NCBI RefSeq assembly: GCF_006345805.1
Contig: NC_042998.1
Span: forward strand, 52,886,001 to 52,950,000
Length of the DNA stretch: 64,000 nt
Direction: 5' to 3'
Source of the DNA: Octopus sinensis
Lineage: Eukaryota
Positions 26,176 to 38,676 of the stretch are shown here, piece after piece (the first letter of the stretch is position 1; each line of letters begins with the position of its first letter). The position numbers and the translations under genes were made by a program. The notes beneath the pieces were generated by a model. That model was not told the origin of the DNA and ran no database searches. It saw nothing but the letters and a program-made list of their open reading frames with translations.

Positions 26176-27633
26176 AGCACATTCTGAAGCCAATTATTCA
26201 TCCCTAATTTTCTCAGCACTCACTGTATTATATATCAAATAGCATCTCAAATATTGTTAATGCAAGAGTGACTATCAGCATGTACATATGTCAATACCTT
26301 AACACATATCAACAACAACTGAAAGATATTAATTGAAATCAATAATGGCAGGAAATAAATTCTATAAAAAAATAGCGCATTTTTAAAACTATAATTCAAA
26401 ACGTGAAGCAAAACCAAACAACTAATAGTGGTAAGTCCCTTTAATTAAATAACAAAGAATTACCACAATTAGTCACTGCAAAATGTACTATAACGATATA
26501 CTACTTTATAGATTATTAACAAAAACTGAAAACTATTGAGCAAGTCAGTTATGATGATGATCTGTAAACTGAACTATTGATCCAAATAAATGTTTCATCG
26601 TGAATTTATGCAAACATGATCAATATATGATTACACGAGTTTACAGTAGGTCATTTCCCCTGATTGATTCCAGGTGTTTTTCAAAATAAACGATGCAATT
26701 TTTTTTTTTAAACTTTTATGTTTAAAATCAGTTGTGTAATGAGATAATTACTTTTGATAGTGTGAAGTCAGAATTTTATAATACAATTGTGTGTCAGTTT
26801 CAGAAAAAAATAATTCATATTTCGTAAATTTAATTTTCTATTTTTTTCTTTTTTTTTTTTTGTTTCCTAAAAAGACTATTTTGTTACAATGTTAATAGTA
26901 TTTGTTTCATAAATCATATTTGTTATAAAATGTCTTGAATTTTAAAGCCATACAAAGTGCAGTAGGTCAACTGTGAATGAAGATACTGTTAAACTTCACA
27001 GCTGAATAATTTAAGCAGTGCATTTGATAAAGTGAAAAATTTTACTTGTAGCTTTTGATCCTTATTTTTACTTTATTTATTTATTTATTTATTTATTTAT
27101 TTTTTTACCTCACATGCTATATAGAGATATCAATGTGTTTCCCAGTTTACATGATTAATCAAAACAAAATTGATATCCTGAGAAAATTTAATATCTCAAA
27201 TATTGCTTATGCAAGCATGAATACCTGCATGCACTCACGTCAATAAGTCAACACAAAATTTATGTTTAATTTTCAAGATTTACCAAAACACTAAACAAAA
27301 TCAATTCAAAATCCTCAAGTGGTAGTGATAATGGAAAAAGACTGCATTATAGTAATTGTGTATATTATATATTACTGTATTTCAAACTTATACATGTAGA
27401 AAGGGGTTTAAATGAGTGCATATAAGTTTCATTAGAAATCATTTACAATTATTATATAAAATAAATGTTTATATATTTTATAGACATATATGTAGTATAT
27501 TATATATATGGTCAGTTATTTAGACAATCAAATTAATAGACATTAAAATATTTGTAAGAATAGAAAACAAGGATCTTGATATTTCAAGATTTCATCATTA
27601 AGCTCTACAGCTGTATCAGATGTGAACATTATT

Positions 27634-28198
27634 TATTTCTTTATTGCTCACAGGGGGCTAAACACAGAGGGAACAAACAAGAACAGACAAAGGGATTAAG
27701 TCGATTACATCAACTGCAGAATGAAAGGCAAAGTCGACCTCTGTGGAATTTGAACTCAGGACGTAGCAGCAGATGAAATACCTATTTCTTTACTACCCAC
27801 AAGGGGCTAGACACAGAGATGACAATCAAGGACAGACAAACGGATTAAGTCGATTATATCGACCCCAGTGCATAACTGGTGCTTATTTAATTGACCCCGA
27901 AAGGACGAAAAGCAAAGTTGACCTTGGCGGAATTTGAACTCAGAACGTAACAGCAGATGAAATACCTATTTCTTTACTACCCACAAGGGGCTAAACCCAG
28001 AGGGGACAAACAAAGACAGACAAACGAATTAAGTTGATTATATCGACCCCAGTGCGTAACTGGTACTTATTTAATCGACCCCGAAAGGATGAAAGGCAAA
28101 GTCAACCTAGGTGGAATTTGAACTCAGAACGTATCGGCAGACGAATTACTGCTAAGCATTTTGCCCAGCATGCTAATGTTTCTGTCAGCTCACCACCA
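27634..28198 (-). mobile_element. Tandem trimer of SINE family B (one headed unit plus two head-less units)
   Basis: The boundary motif tatttctt recurs at 27634, 27783 and 27967 (period 184; first unit internally deleted). The tRNA-like head occurs only at ~28141-28198. Confidence 0.85.
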
Positions 28199-28559
28199 TA
28201 AATGTAAACGCCTATTAACCATACAAACATAAGAATTATGAAATATCTAAATCTAAACACTGTTCCTGTTTCATTTTTCATATTTCATAATACTTTCCTG
28301 ATTTACTTATCTCATTCAAACTAATTATGTACTAATTACATATTAAATGCATAATGATTATATGGTTAACAATATTTGTGGTTAAGCCATAAAAATCCCT
28401 GTACCCAAGTGAAACAATAAAAGTTTGAAATATCATTGAGTTGCTTGTTTTCTGTTCTCAATATTCTGCTCTGATCATTCATTTTAGCCAAGTTAAACTC
28501 TATGCAAACTTATTACTGCTGTCATAGAACAATAAAAAAAAAAAGATCATGAACTAAAA

Positions 28560-29060
28560 GCATGACTCAGGGCTGTAGGAACAGTCTTATAATAACTCAT
28601 TACAATATGGAAAGACAGTACTCTTAACAAGAACATCAAATTAAAGCTCCTGAAGACAGTAATTTGGAATGTTGTACTGTACAAATGTGAAAGCTGGACC
28701 CTCAGGGCAAATGACACTGCCAAACTCAAAGCATTTGAAACCAAGTGCAACCAAAGAGTTATGAGGATCAGTTGGACTGTCCATCGAATAAATGAGTTTG
28801 TATCTGCGGAGGTGGGAACAAAATGAGTAATTTTGGCAACTGTCAGGAAGAGAAAGCTGCAGTATTTTGGCCAGGTCATCATGGCTGAACTTCAGCATCT
28901 ACATCCTTAGGAGAAGAGTCAATAGAAAATTAACAAGAGGGAATTCAAGATACTGGATGGACAACGTCACAGAATAGACTGAAAGACTTCCAGCTGAATG
29001 GACAACCATAGCTGGAACTAGAAATCAATGGAGAAAGATAGAGCATGCTTCCATGGTCCA
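28560..29060 (+). mobile_element. RTE (BovB-like) LINE 3' coding remnant
   Basis: Translates IWKDSTLNKNIKLKLLKTVIWNVVLYKCESWTL...KAFETKC..RVMRISW...RKRKLQYFG...YWMDNV...QWRKI, with stops. Confidence 0.85.
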
Positions 29061-29654
29061 TGGGAAAAGATAAGACAATCTATTGGAGTACAATGATATG
29101 TTCATGAATAGAGCTCTTAAGTTCAGTGGGTACACTTTTGTAGTACTGATACACTAATTCAGTATATTACACATACATCAAGAAAGATGTCAAAATGAAT
29201 CATAGTTAACAAACACAGCATTTTTATCATCATTGCTGTTATCAATCACTATTTCAGTTTTGTTTTTCCACATCAATATGATTGAACAACAGCCACCACT
29301 TTTAGTTATCTGCATATTAGTAAATTCATTGGTAGCATGTATTAAGTGAGACTACTTGTGCATGGCTAAATTGTAAATAACTTTACATATATGTACATTT
29401 AATAAACTTATACTTATTTGGTATATGGTATCAAAAATGTTCATTGCACCAGCTACAACCTGATCAGTGACAGAGTTCCACTGCATCTGTATCATATATG
29501 GGGCTATCTACACATTTGGTAGGAGTTACATATATTATTTAATAAGTCTTATTTAGTTCCTTGCAACTTGAAAATTACTCAGGTTCCTTTGATGAGTTTA
29601 TGCAACTTGAAGTTGCAGCATGGAGCCAAATCAAACTGTTATTAAATGTGTGTG

Positions 29655-29685
29655 TGAGGGAGACAGAGAGAGAGAGGGAGAAAGC

Positions 29686-29721
<36 letters not shown>

Positions 29722-29737
29722 AAGAAAGAAAGAGAGA
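29655..29737. repeat. (GA)n/(GAAA)n microsatellite
   Basis: Read directly. Confidence 0.9.
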
Positions 29738-29820
29738 TTTGTTGGAAGTGATTGTGTGCATGCATAACATTGCAGACATGGAAGAGTGAAAGAAGCTGTA
29801 ATTATATATACATATATATA

Positions 29821-29895
29821 TAACTGTTCTAGGTATAAAGGTGAAAATAGGAATAACAAAGGTGATGGCAGTAGGTAAAAGAAGTAATAAAGATA

Positions 29896-29937
<42 letters not shown>

Positions 29938-29983
29938 GGAATAACAAAGGTGATGGCAGTAGGTAAAAGAAGTAATAAAGATA

Positions 29984-30021
<38 letters not shown>

Positions 30022-30095
30022 AATCTTTATTACTTCTTTTACCTACTGCCATCACCTTTGTTATTCCTATTTTCATCTTTATACTAGAACAGTTT
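29821..30095. repeat. (TA)n-centred inverted duplication of a ~78-bp segment plus a partial direct copy
   Basis: 29821-29900 is the reverse complement of ~30017-30095 (about 3 differences). 29934-29988 is a direct partial copy. Confidence 0.9.
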
Positions 30096-30101
30096 TAACA
30101 G

Positions 30102-30224
30102 CATTGGCACATTTATTAAAATATGAAAAGCAAAAGCACATGAGATGTCAACAAAAAATTAAGCTTGTGAACTTACTTGGTGGAAAAGATGCAACTCTAC
30201 TTGTTCGCAAAGGAAGATGCATGG
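30102..30224 (+). CDS. Candidate internal exon of an unidentified protein (ALAHLLKYEKQKHMRCQQKIKLVNLLGGKDATLLVRKGRCM)
   Basis: ttttaacAG acceptor, TGG|gtaaga donor, 123 nt, phase 1-1, open, A-rich coding-like composition. No family recognised. Confidence 0.45.
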
Positions 30225-30457
30225 GTAAGAAATAGAACTCCATATCTTATGTATCAACTGCACAATGACAAGAAGATAACTTCTAGCGTTCCAGTAGTAT
30301 GCATAGACCTTTTGCTATAACTTCTTGTGAGGTTCCAAGTAAAATTTCCTTTTGTTTATTGAAAATTTCATTTCTTTTTTTTTTCTTTTTTTACACAATT
30401 TAAAAAATCAATAGATGAACTTATTATATACATATGACTTCATAGAATTTCCACTAG

Positions 30458-30520
30458 ATCTTTGTGATTGCTTTTTTACTTTGGCTTCAAACGTTTGGCC
30501 TTCTCGTATAGTTCGTCTTG
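30458..30520 (+). CDS. Candidate exon (DLCDCFFTLASNVWPSRIVRL)
   Basis: ttccactAG acceptor, TTG|gtaaaa donor, 63 nt, phase 1-1. A competing antisense open frame exists. Confidence 0.28.
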
Positions 30521-31539
30521 GTAAAAGTTGATGAAATTTATCTCCAAAAATGAAAAGTTTGGTGTATTTATATGTTTTTTTTTAAAGCAAGGTCGAAACA
30601 ATCTTCACAGAGTAAACAATTTTAAAAACAGAAGTTAAGACCTGGTTTCTATTTCCAAACATTGAAGTTGTTTACTAATCTCTAGGCAGGTTAAATTTCT
30701 TTTGTTTTGTTTGTTTTTTGATATTTCAATGGTTTCAAAGACAGCTATAAAAATAAATTGTGAAGTACATATCTTACTTTGTAAATTCAGCAAAGTGTAG
30801 TCTTCGTTTCCTTTGTGTTTACTTGTGGGTATTACTTTGTTATCATGTAAAATCCTTTGAAGATATGATAAATTTTTATAAAAACCTGTCCATGTTGCCT
30901 GATTCATTCCTTTTTTACATTCAATCAGTAATTTCTGTTATAATGATATGTTTTCTTATGTGACTAGGTTTTCCAAAATGAAAAGAAATAAGCAAAGCTA
31001 TTAGAAAGTAGTGATTGAATACAGAAGAAAAAAAAAGAAATAGGAAAAACACTGCCTATTTATTTTACGACTAGATTTTAACCTGATCTGATGGTCATTG
31101 TACATCCTTGTACCACCCACCTATAGCACTACGAGATATGATATCACAATCATCATATTAAAGCCATGAGCTTATCTTGAATTTGTTTCATTGTTATTAT
31201 ATTTTGAAAGCATGGCAAACATTATTTGTTTTTTTGCTTTTGTTTTTGAAAAAATATATATATATCTATCAGACTTTCATAGAGTCTGAAATTATTTTTT
31301 TATATAACTTATTTTAATGCAGTGAAATATAAATGATATCAGATCAAGAATTCAAAGAATAATCTAATAACTTTATTTCAAAAAATAACTTAACTTTCAC
31401 TTGAAAAGAAAAAAAATGTTGATAAAGATATTTTCTGTGGGTGTTTTGATTTAATTCATTTAGTTTATTCCCTTTGTTTATTACATTTACATCAAACAGT
31501 TGAAAGAATTTGCTACTTGTTACTCTTCTAACATATCTA

Positions 31540-31547
31540 TATGTCTG

Positions 31548-31580
<33 letters not shown>

Positions 31581-31609
31581 ATACTTTATTTAAAATAGAT
31601 ATCTATCTA

Positions 31610-31649
<40 letters not shown>

Positions 31650-31650
31650 G
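31540..31650. repeat. (CTAT)n plus (TA)n microsatellite
   Basis: Read directly. Confidence 0.9.
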
Positions 31651-31821
31651 AATATTAGTATATTCTAGTGGAATGTACGGCAAACAGTTCTTGGATTAAA
31701 AATTGTTTTCTAAAATAAACTATATGTTCTACTTAACATTTTAAAGTCTGTTTCTAAACTTTCTAACATATTTAGATGAACTGTGATTGCTTAAGCACCT
31801 AGTGTATGTATGTATATATAT

Positions 31822-31965
31822 GTAAAAGTACCCACTACACTCTCAGGGTGGTTGGCGTTAGGAAGGGCATCCAACTGTAGAAACTTTGCCAGATCTGGCT
31901 CGCCAGTCCTCAGTCAAACCATCCAACCTATACCAACATAGAAAGCAGACGTTAAACGCCAACGG
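31822..31965 (+). mobile_element. Family C retroposon 3' end, internally deleted
   Basis: aaaagtacccactacactc...ggaagggcatccaactgtagaaac...gacgttaaac. Confidence 0.8.
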
Positions 31966-32272
31966 TATGTACCTGTCTAGTCATCTATTTACCTATCATC
32001 TATCTCTCTATCACTTATACATCTAGCTATCTACTTATTGGTCTATCTGTCTGTCTATAATTCTACCTATGTCTATCTATCTATCTATTAATCAATGAAT
32101 CTATCTATCTATCAATCTATCTATCTATCTATCAATCTATCTATCTGTCTGTCTGTCTACTTTTCTTTTTTTCTTTCTAGCTACTTATCTACCTACATGT
32201 TTATCAATAGCTCTACCTAACAGTGTCATAAAATACATATGCATCAACTTTCAGATTTTCTTACATTTTAAG

Positions 32273-32406
32273 CTGAAGTAATTTTGGCAACATATTTAAA
32301 ACATTATGACGTTTACTTATTCAATATGGAAGCAGATGCATATATACTGGAAAAAAATGTTTTAAAGTTCTCTTATGAACCAGTTCATTCTTTTTGGCCT
32401 CCATGA
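32273..32406 (+). CDS. Candidate terminal exon (xEVILATYLKHYDVYLFNMEADAYILEKNVLKFSYEPVHSFWPP*)
   Basis: Acceptor ttttcttacattttaAG, phase 1, 43 open codons in very AT-rich DNA, TGA, then AATAAA at ~32575 and ~32586. Confidence 0.4.
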
Positions 32407-33322
32407 TTAGCATAGTGGTTTTAATGACTAATTAATTACAAAAATCATATCTAAATGACTGATAAATATCATAACGCTCCCTAATAACTACAAAAGCAGT
32501 ATTGTCACTTTCTTTCAGAAGTATTTCTATTAGATTAGTAAACATGTTAGCAAAGAAAAAAAAAAAGTAATGTAAATAAATATTCAATAAAAAACTTAAA
32601 GTTCACCGTAATAATGATTTTTCTAAGTATTATCATACAACCTTGTAACTGATAATTACATCTAGTTTCTTAATTCCCTCTTATCTTATTTACAATTAGT
32701 TTGAACTTTAGATCTTTAGTAACCATCTAAAATTTGTATTTTATGAGTTTTCCCCATTTCATTTATATATTTTTGTTTATTATTAATAATTTTTAATTTT
32801 CGTTTGCATCTAAGCCAATTATTTTTATTTCACTTTCTTTTTAGCTGGAGCATATGCTTTTTAAAGCACATACATAAGTAGTGTTTGGTAATTCCTTCTC
32901 AGGTGCTTCTTGCTTCTTTAATTTCACCAATCATATAGGTTGCTGTCTGTAAAATGTTACTGATTTTTCTGTTGGCTTTGAATTCATTCCTTTCTCTTTT
33001 GGTTATCAAAAAAATTACAGTATTTTAAACTTTTGTCTTTTAATTTCAATTTTGTTGTTTCAGCATTTTCCGTAAGTTGAAACTTTAATATTCTTCTTTA
33101 GAACTTTCAATGTTGCAATAATATATCCTCATATTTCAAATTCATTTTTCTAATTTCAACTCATTCCATGATTCAAGAAAAATTCTGATATAATATATAT
33201 GTTTCTATTCTTGATCTCTTCATGCATGAATATATTTGAATTCAATCTGAAAATTAAGAAGAAATATAAAATATAAATATGCTTAGATTTATGGATGGAT
33301 GTGTGTGTGTGTGTTCTTACTG

Positions 33323-33431
33323 ATATTTAGCAGAAGCAACAAGGTGACTCAAGGGCTGAGGGTTTTGTACATTGGCACTTATCTCACAAAACTCTTGATC
33401 CTTGAGCCACTCTGTTGCTTCTGCTAAATAT
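33323..33431. other. 109-nt hairpin: 46-bp arms, 17-nt loop
   Basis: 33323-33368 is the reverse complement of 33386-33431 with 8 differences, all transitions. Confidence 0.9.
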
Positions 33432-34479
33432 TAATTAAAATATACATATATTCATAATTTGAGTTTTATATTTCTTGTTTGCACTACCATATATATATAT
33501 ATATATATATATAAGCTGAAGAAAACATATCTGTAATAATTACTAACTACATTTCAAAGTTGTTATTTTTTAAAAAATTTACAACAATACTTTCTTTCAG
33601 ATATATCATTTTAAAAAGTTTAGTTAAAATATTTGTTTATGATTTCTTTTTTATTCTCAAGAAATATCAAGTAATGTAAGTATTAAGTAGTAATTAAGAA
33701 GATCCTTGTAAATTTAACATGTCTGATATATATATAATCTTTATTAATTTATGTATTTATTATGATTTTTTTAATGTAAATATCATTTTCATCGTTTTTT
33801 TTTTCAACAAGCAGGAAAAAATATTGATTGACCAATATATATCATCAAAGTGCTTAGAGTAATAAAAATATAAAAACATTAAAAAAATTATGTTTATATC
33901 AAAATAGTTATGTAATTACATGATTTCATATTTGAAACACAATATGTATGCTGTCGCATACATATAAATATTCTGTTAAAGAATATTTGTTATGATAATA
34001 AAAATAAGAACAATAACATTAATTACTTCATTACAGGGGTAGATAACGTCGTAACTCACTATTAAACCTACCAAGATTCTAATAAATTATACTGTAGATT
34101 TCATGTAACTGGTTCTATATGCATGCTTATTCTCTAATTTTTCACATAACCAGTAAAACATGGCCTTGATACAGTTTGGTGCTCTTTGCTTCTACATATC
34201 TTTTTTAGGGATATTTTTTCTCTTATGGTGATGAAAGTTGAGTAATGACTGATTGAGTGCAATCACAAATATGTGGCCAAAATAGATGTCCTCCGAATGA
34301 ACTCTGAGTCTGTAGCTCAGAAATCAGAAAGCCTCTACAGGTGAAGCCATTGAGAGGTCATAGCTCTGGTACTACAGATATGTAATTAGAATGTCACAGG
34401 AAAGAATCACAAGCTAGATTCTTCAAGCTGAGCCAAGCCAGTAGAACACTCAGGTAAAAGGTAGAGGTAATGCTACCTT

Positions 34480-34700
34480 CTTGAGTCATGCCAACTCACA
34501 AGGGCTGGTTTCCATGGCATATAAATTCTCCACCTGGATGGGATGCTGGTCCATTGCAGGACTATACATTTTCGCCTGCTGAGTGGATTGGAGCAATGTG
34601 AAATGTAGTATTTTGCTCAAGGACACAATGGGTTGCCCAGTCCTGGAATTGAAACCACAGTCTTACGATCATAAGTCCAAGACACTATGTGCCTCCACTA
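34480..34700 (-). mobile_element. SINE family D-like
   Basis: Reverse complement head agtggaggcacatagtgtctt...gtggtttcaattccagg and ttgagcaaaatact core. Confidence 0.6.
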
Positions 34701-34865
34701 GAAGACTTAAGGGTAGACTAAGATTGAGATGGTAGTTGGATAATATCCATAATCTCAGTTGGTCCTGCTTGGGAATCCAACCAGAAAGTCTAATGATACT
34801 TGCGTCTGATAGGACCCAGTAAACATGCAGTGATGTGGGGGTGGGGAAACCACAGACACAAAGAC

Positions 34866-34902
<37 letters not shown>

Positions 34903-35459
34903 TATATATGTAGACAACAGGCTTCTTTCAGTTTCTGTTAACCAAATCCACTTACAAGGCTTTGGTTGGCCTGAGGTTTTAGTAGAAGATACTTGCCCAA
35001 GGTGCTACACACTGGGACTGAATCCGAAGCTATGTGGTTGGGAAGCAAGCTTCTTACCACACAGCCTGCCTGTTATTAAACATTTTTATAATATCTAAAA
35101 TAATTTTTTTCTTTTTTTTTAGTAAGACAGAAATAAAATTCTTTTCTTTTTATCTTTTCAATACCTTGGTTACAATGATTGCAGAACATAAGAAAACAAC
35201 TATGAATGGTATCCTGTTTGACATTTTTTATTATCAATATAAACTTTGTTGGCATCTTTCATCTCTTGTTTCAGTCATTAGACTGTAACCATGCAGGGGC
35301 ACCACCTTGAAGAATTTTTACTCGGATGAATCAACCCCAATACCTATCTTTTTACTAGGCCTGCTACTTATTCTGTTGGTTTCTTTTGCTGAATTGCTAA
35401 GCTATGGAGGCATAAAGCAACCAACACCAGTTGGTGGGAGAATGAAGACAGACACAAAG

Positions 35460-35490
<31 letters not shown>

Positions 35491-35509
35491 GATACACACT
35501 TTCTATTAA

Positions 35510-36423
35510 ATAATTGGCATAAATTGCTGAGAGACTCAAGGGCCAAGTGTTTCATGTGCTGGCACAAAACTCTGTACCATTTTTTGATGGCTCTGCACAA
35601 TTCCTGTAGCAAAGAAGCATAATATGCCCCATTAATTGTGGTGCTCTTCACAAGAAAATCCATCATCACTAACTCCACACTGGACCCAAAAGACTGAGCA
35701 TTGCCTTGCCTGCTGCTGGTTAGACATGACCCTTCTTTGGAGGTGGTGAGTTATGTTATCAATGCTTTAACAGGACTTTAGTCTCAAGATCATAGTGATG
35801 GATTCATGTTTCATAAGTCTGCCGAAAAGTCCTCCTCGTTTTTTTGGCACATTGTCAAAAGAGCCTGGGAGCAGTTGACTTGTTCCTGTTTCTGATAAGG
35901 TGTGAGCATCCAGGAAATTCATCCATGCAGATAACTTCCACATATGCAAGAAGTTGTGAATGATTTTTTTCCACAGACCCTACACTTGTCTTCACTTCTT
36001 GGGCTAGCCGCCGAATAGTTATGCAGCGATCCTCCAAAATGGTGACTTCCACTTTATGGATGATGTTGTCATCAATGGTGGAATGTGGTTGTCCAGGAAC
36101 AGGAGCAGTTTCCATCAATGTCTGACCACATTTGAACTGACAATGCCAGTGCTTGACTACATCATATGATGGTGTATTGTCACCACAAACTTCTTTCATC
36201 TCTGTGAAAGTCTCTTTTGGTCTACGACCTTTCAGGTATAAGAACCTGATCACTGATCTGCATTCAACTTCTCCATTATAACACCTCAGTCTACTTCAGC
36301 CACCATAAAAGACAAATGAATACTAGTGGAAAGCTGCAATTTATAATGATTACCTGTTCAAGTTCCATTTCCTGCAATAACTGGAAGTGGGTCTGGGGAA
36401 ATCTTTAATGAACACTCCTCATA
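35510..36423 (-). mobile_element. mariner-family DNA transposon, internally deleted; transposase pseudogene
   Basis: ORF 36253-35855 (IRFLYLKG..PKE...EMKEVCGD..PSY..VK.W...FK.G) is the mariner HTH region, followed by YDPETK-like and MDFL.K..TINGAYYA.LL motifs. The 5' TIR tatgaggagtgttcattaaag is at 36423-36403. No 3' TIR seen. Confidence 0.88.
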
Positions 36424-38335
36424 TGTACATAAATACATACATACATACAATGAGCTTCTTTCAGTTTCCATCCACCACATCCACTCATAAGGTTGTGGTC
36501 AGCTGGGGAACATAGTAAAAGATATGTGCGCTTGTAGTGAGATTGAACCCAGTCCCATATGGTTGAGAAGTAAACTACTTATCACACAGCCACACCTATG
36601 CCTCCATAGGATTTGATTGAAAGTTACGCACTATTGATTTATGAAGAAATGAAGTTGTATAGTATGACTAAACTGTAGATAGACCTAAAATGTGTTCTGC
36701 TCTTTACTGTACATCTAAGCAACAAGTCATTCTTTGCTATGCATGTATAATGCTACTGCTCTAATATATTCAATGATACTGAGAATGAAGTATATATTTC
36801 TCAATCACCCTTAATTTCAATTCTTCACAACTTGGGGCAACACATTCAAAGGTATTCTGCGTTTGATCTATATATTTCACCTATTTCCAACTTCTTCAAC
36901 TGTGCAGTATTGATATAATAAGTGCTGCTACTTATATCACTGAATTAGATTCAACAGTAAGACTGAAAATTTACGTATCAGAATAAAGCATTGGATCACA
37001 TCAATAACATGTTGAAACTGCGTTCAGTAAACTTGCCTGGAAATTAGATATCTTTCATGTAGACTACTTCAAACAGATTTGTTTTTAAGATCCAAGCCAT
37101 CTCACAAATCATCAGAAACTAAGATCCAACAAGCCATTGATTATTATTTGGATGTATAGTGTAAATGTCTATCCTCAAGTATAACAGGTATAACAGTACA
37201 TTTTTTTCAAAATAAAACCAAACATACATGATATCTCAATGAGTTAAAATTTATTATGCTAAGGCAGGCATTTAGGATACTTTGTATCGTTTTCTACCAG
37301 TCAACATCTTTTATTTCTATTGAAATAAATATTGGTCCTTGAAACAAAAATTCCCTGAGGTTCAATTCAAACCTCACTTCAACTAGTATGCTACACAATT
37401 TAATGCATTTCTATATTTACCAGCCCATATAGATATTTGAACTTAATAATAGTCAATATTTAATAATATTTTAGCATCCTTCGCTTGATGATATCTAATT
37501 ATTACTTTTCATCTAATTATTACTTTTTCTTCATTTCTGTTTACCATTATACACTTACAACTCAAACTTTTTTTCTCTTTAATATAAGAATTTACATGCT
37601 TTTTCGCTTTCCTTACAGAGCATTTTTATTTGATCATTGCAACTTTTTCAACAAAGAAGGTATTTTTTATCATTTTTATCATAACTGAGAATTATCATCA
37701 CCATCATAACAATAATCATCATCATTTTAACATCTACATGTCCATGCTTGCATCAATTCCTATGGAATTTGTTGAGGCTGATTTTCTATAGATAGATATC
37801 ATTTCTGTTGCAGATTCTCACTCATTTCCAAGCAAGGTAATATTTCCCCATGACTAAACACACAAAATTGGAAACATCACTTGCATGATGGTGAGGATCC
37901 TTTACATCCATTAAGCAATGTCAAGGCAAAGACACACACACATGCAACACACACACACACACAAATATATATATGACAGGCTTCTTCCAGTTTCTGTACA
38001 CTAAATCCACCAACAATGATTTGGTTAGCACAAGACACTTGCCCAAGGTATGACATAGTGGAATCAAACTCCAAGTTTGGTAAGTAAACATCATATCCAC
38101 ACAGCCATGTCTAATCTGACAATGTTTGAGTATTTGTGTCATGCTTTAAATGACCTTAACTATGGAACAAAACTAAAGACATAATCAAAATCATTAACAT
38201 AATAAAACAATGTTATAAAGACCTATAAATCTTTACATCAGAAAAGAATAAGAAAATTTATAAAACTTGGAATTTCCATGAATCTGCTAGCTCCGAAAGT
38301 TTTTTTATTCTCTCTTTGTTTATTTCCTTGTGTTC

Positions 38336-38371
38336 CTTTCTGTTGAAGAGCATAGGCTCAAAACATAAAAG
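38336..38371 (+). ncRNA. Decayed minimal hammerhead-like motif in a Penelope-like remnant (~38310-38460)
   Basis: CTTT-CTGTTGA-A-GAGC.ATAG.GCTC-AAAA-CA-TA-AAAG. Same architecture as 15211. GAAA>AAAA and CG>CA are CpG-type changes. Confidence 0.5.
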
Positions 38372-38464
38372 ACTTTCTCACCTTCCCGAGCATTACACTA
38401 ACACACCTGTTTGTTGTTTATACATCTGTCTTCGTCGTTTGTTTTTCTCTAAATTTCAACTGTA

Positions 38465-38554
<90 letters not shown>

Positions 38555-38640
38555 CACAGGCATACATATTTGTATATACAATGCACCTCTTTTAGTTTTA
38601 TATATATATATGTATATGTATATATATATGATGATGATGG

Positions 38641-38676
<36 letters not shown>

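Noticed and set aside
32820-33180. A-rich, coding-looking minus strand
   Set aside because: Stops in all frames, no recognisable motif, no convincing splice sites.
33814-34240. Further plus-strand exon-like stretches (EKILIDQYISSKCL; KHGLDTVWCSLL)
   Set aside because: Phases do not chain, and they lie beyond the putative stop and polyA signal.
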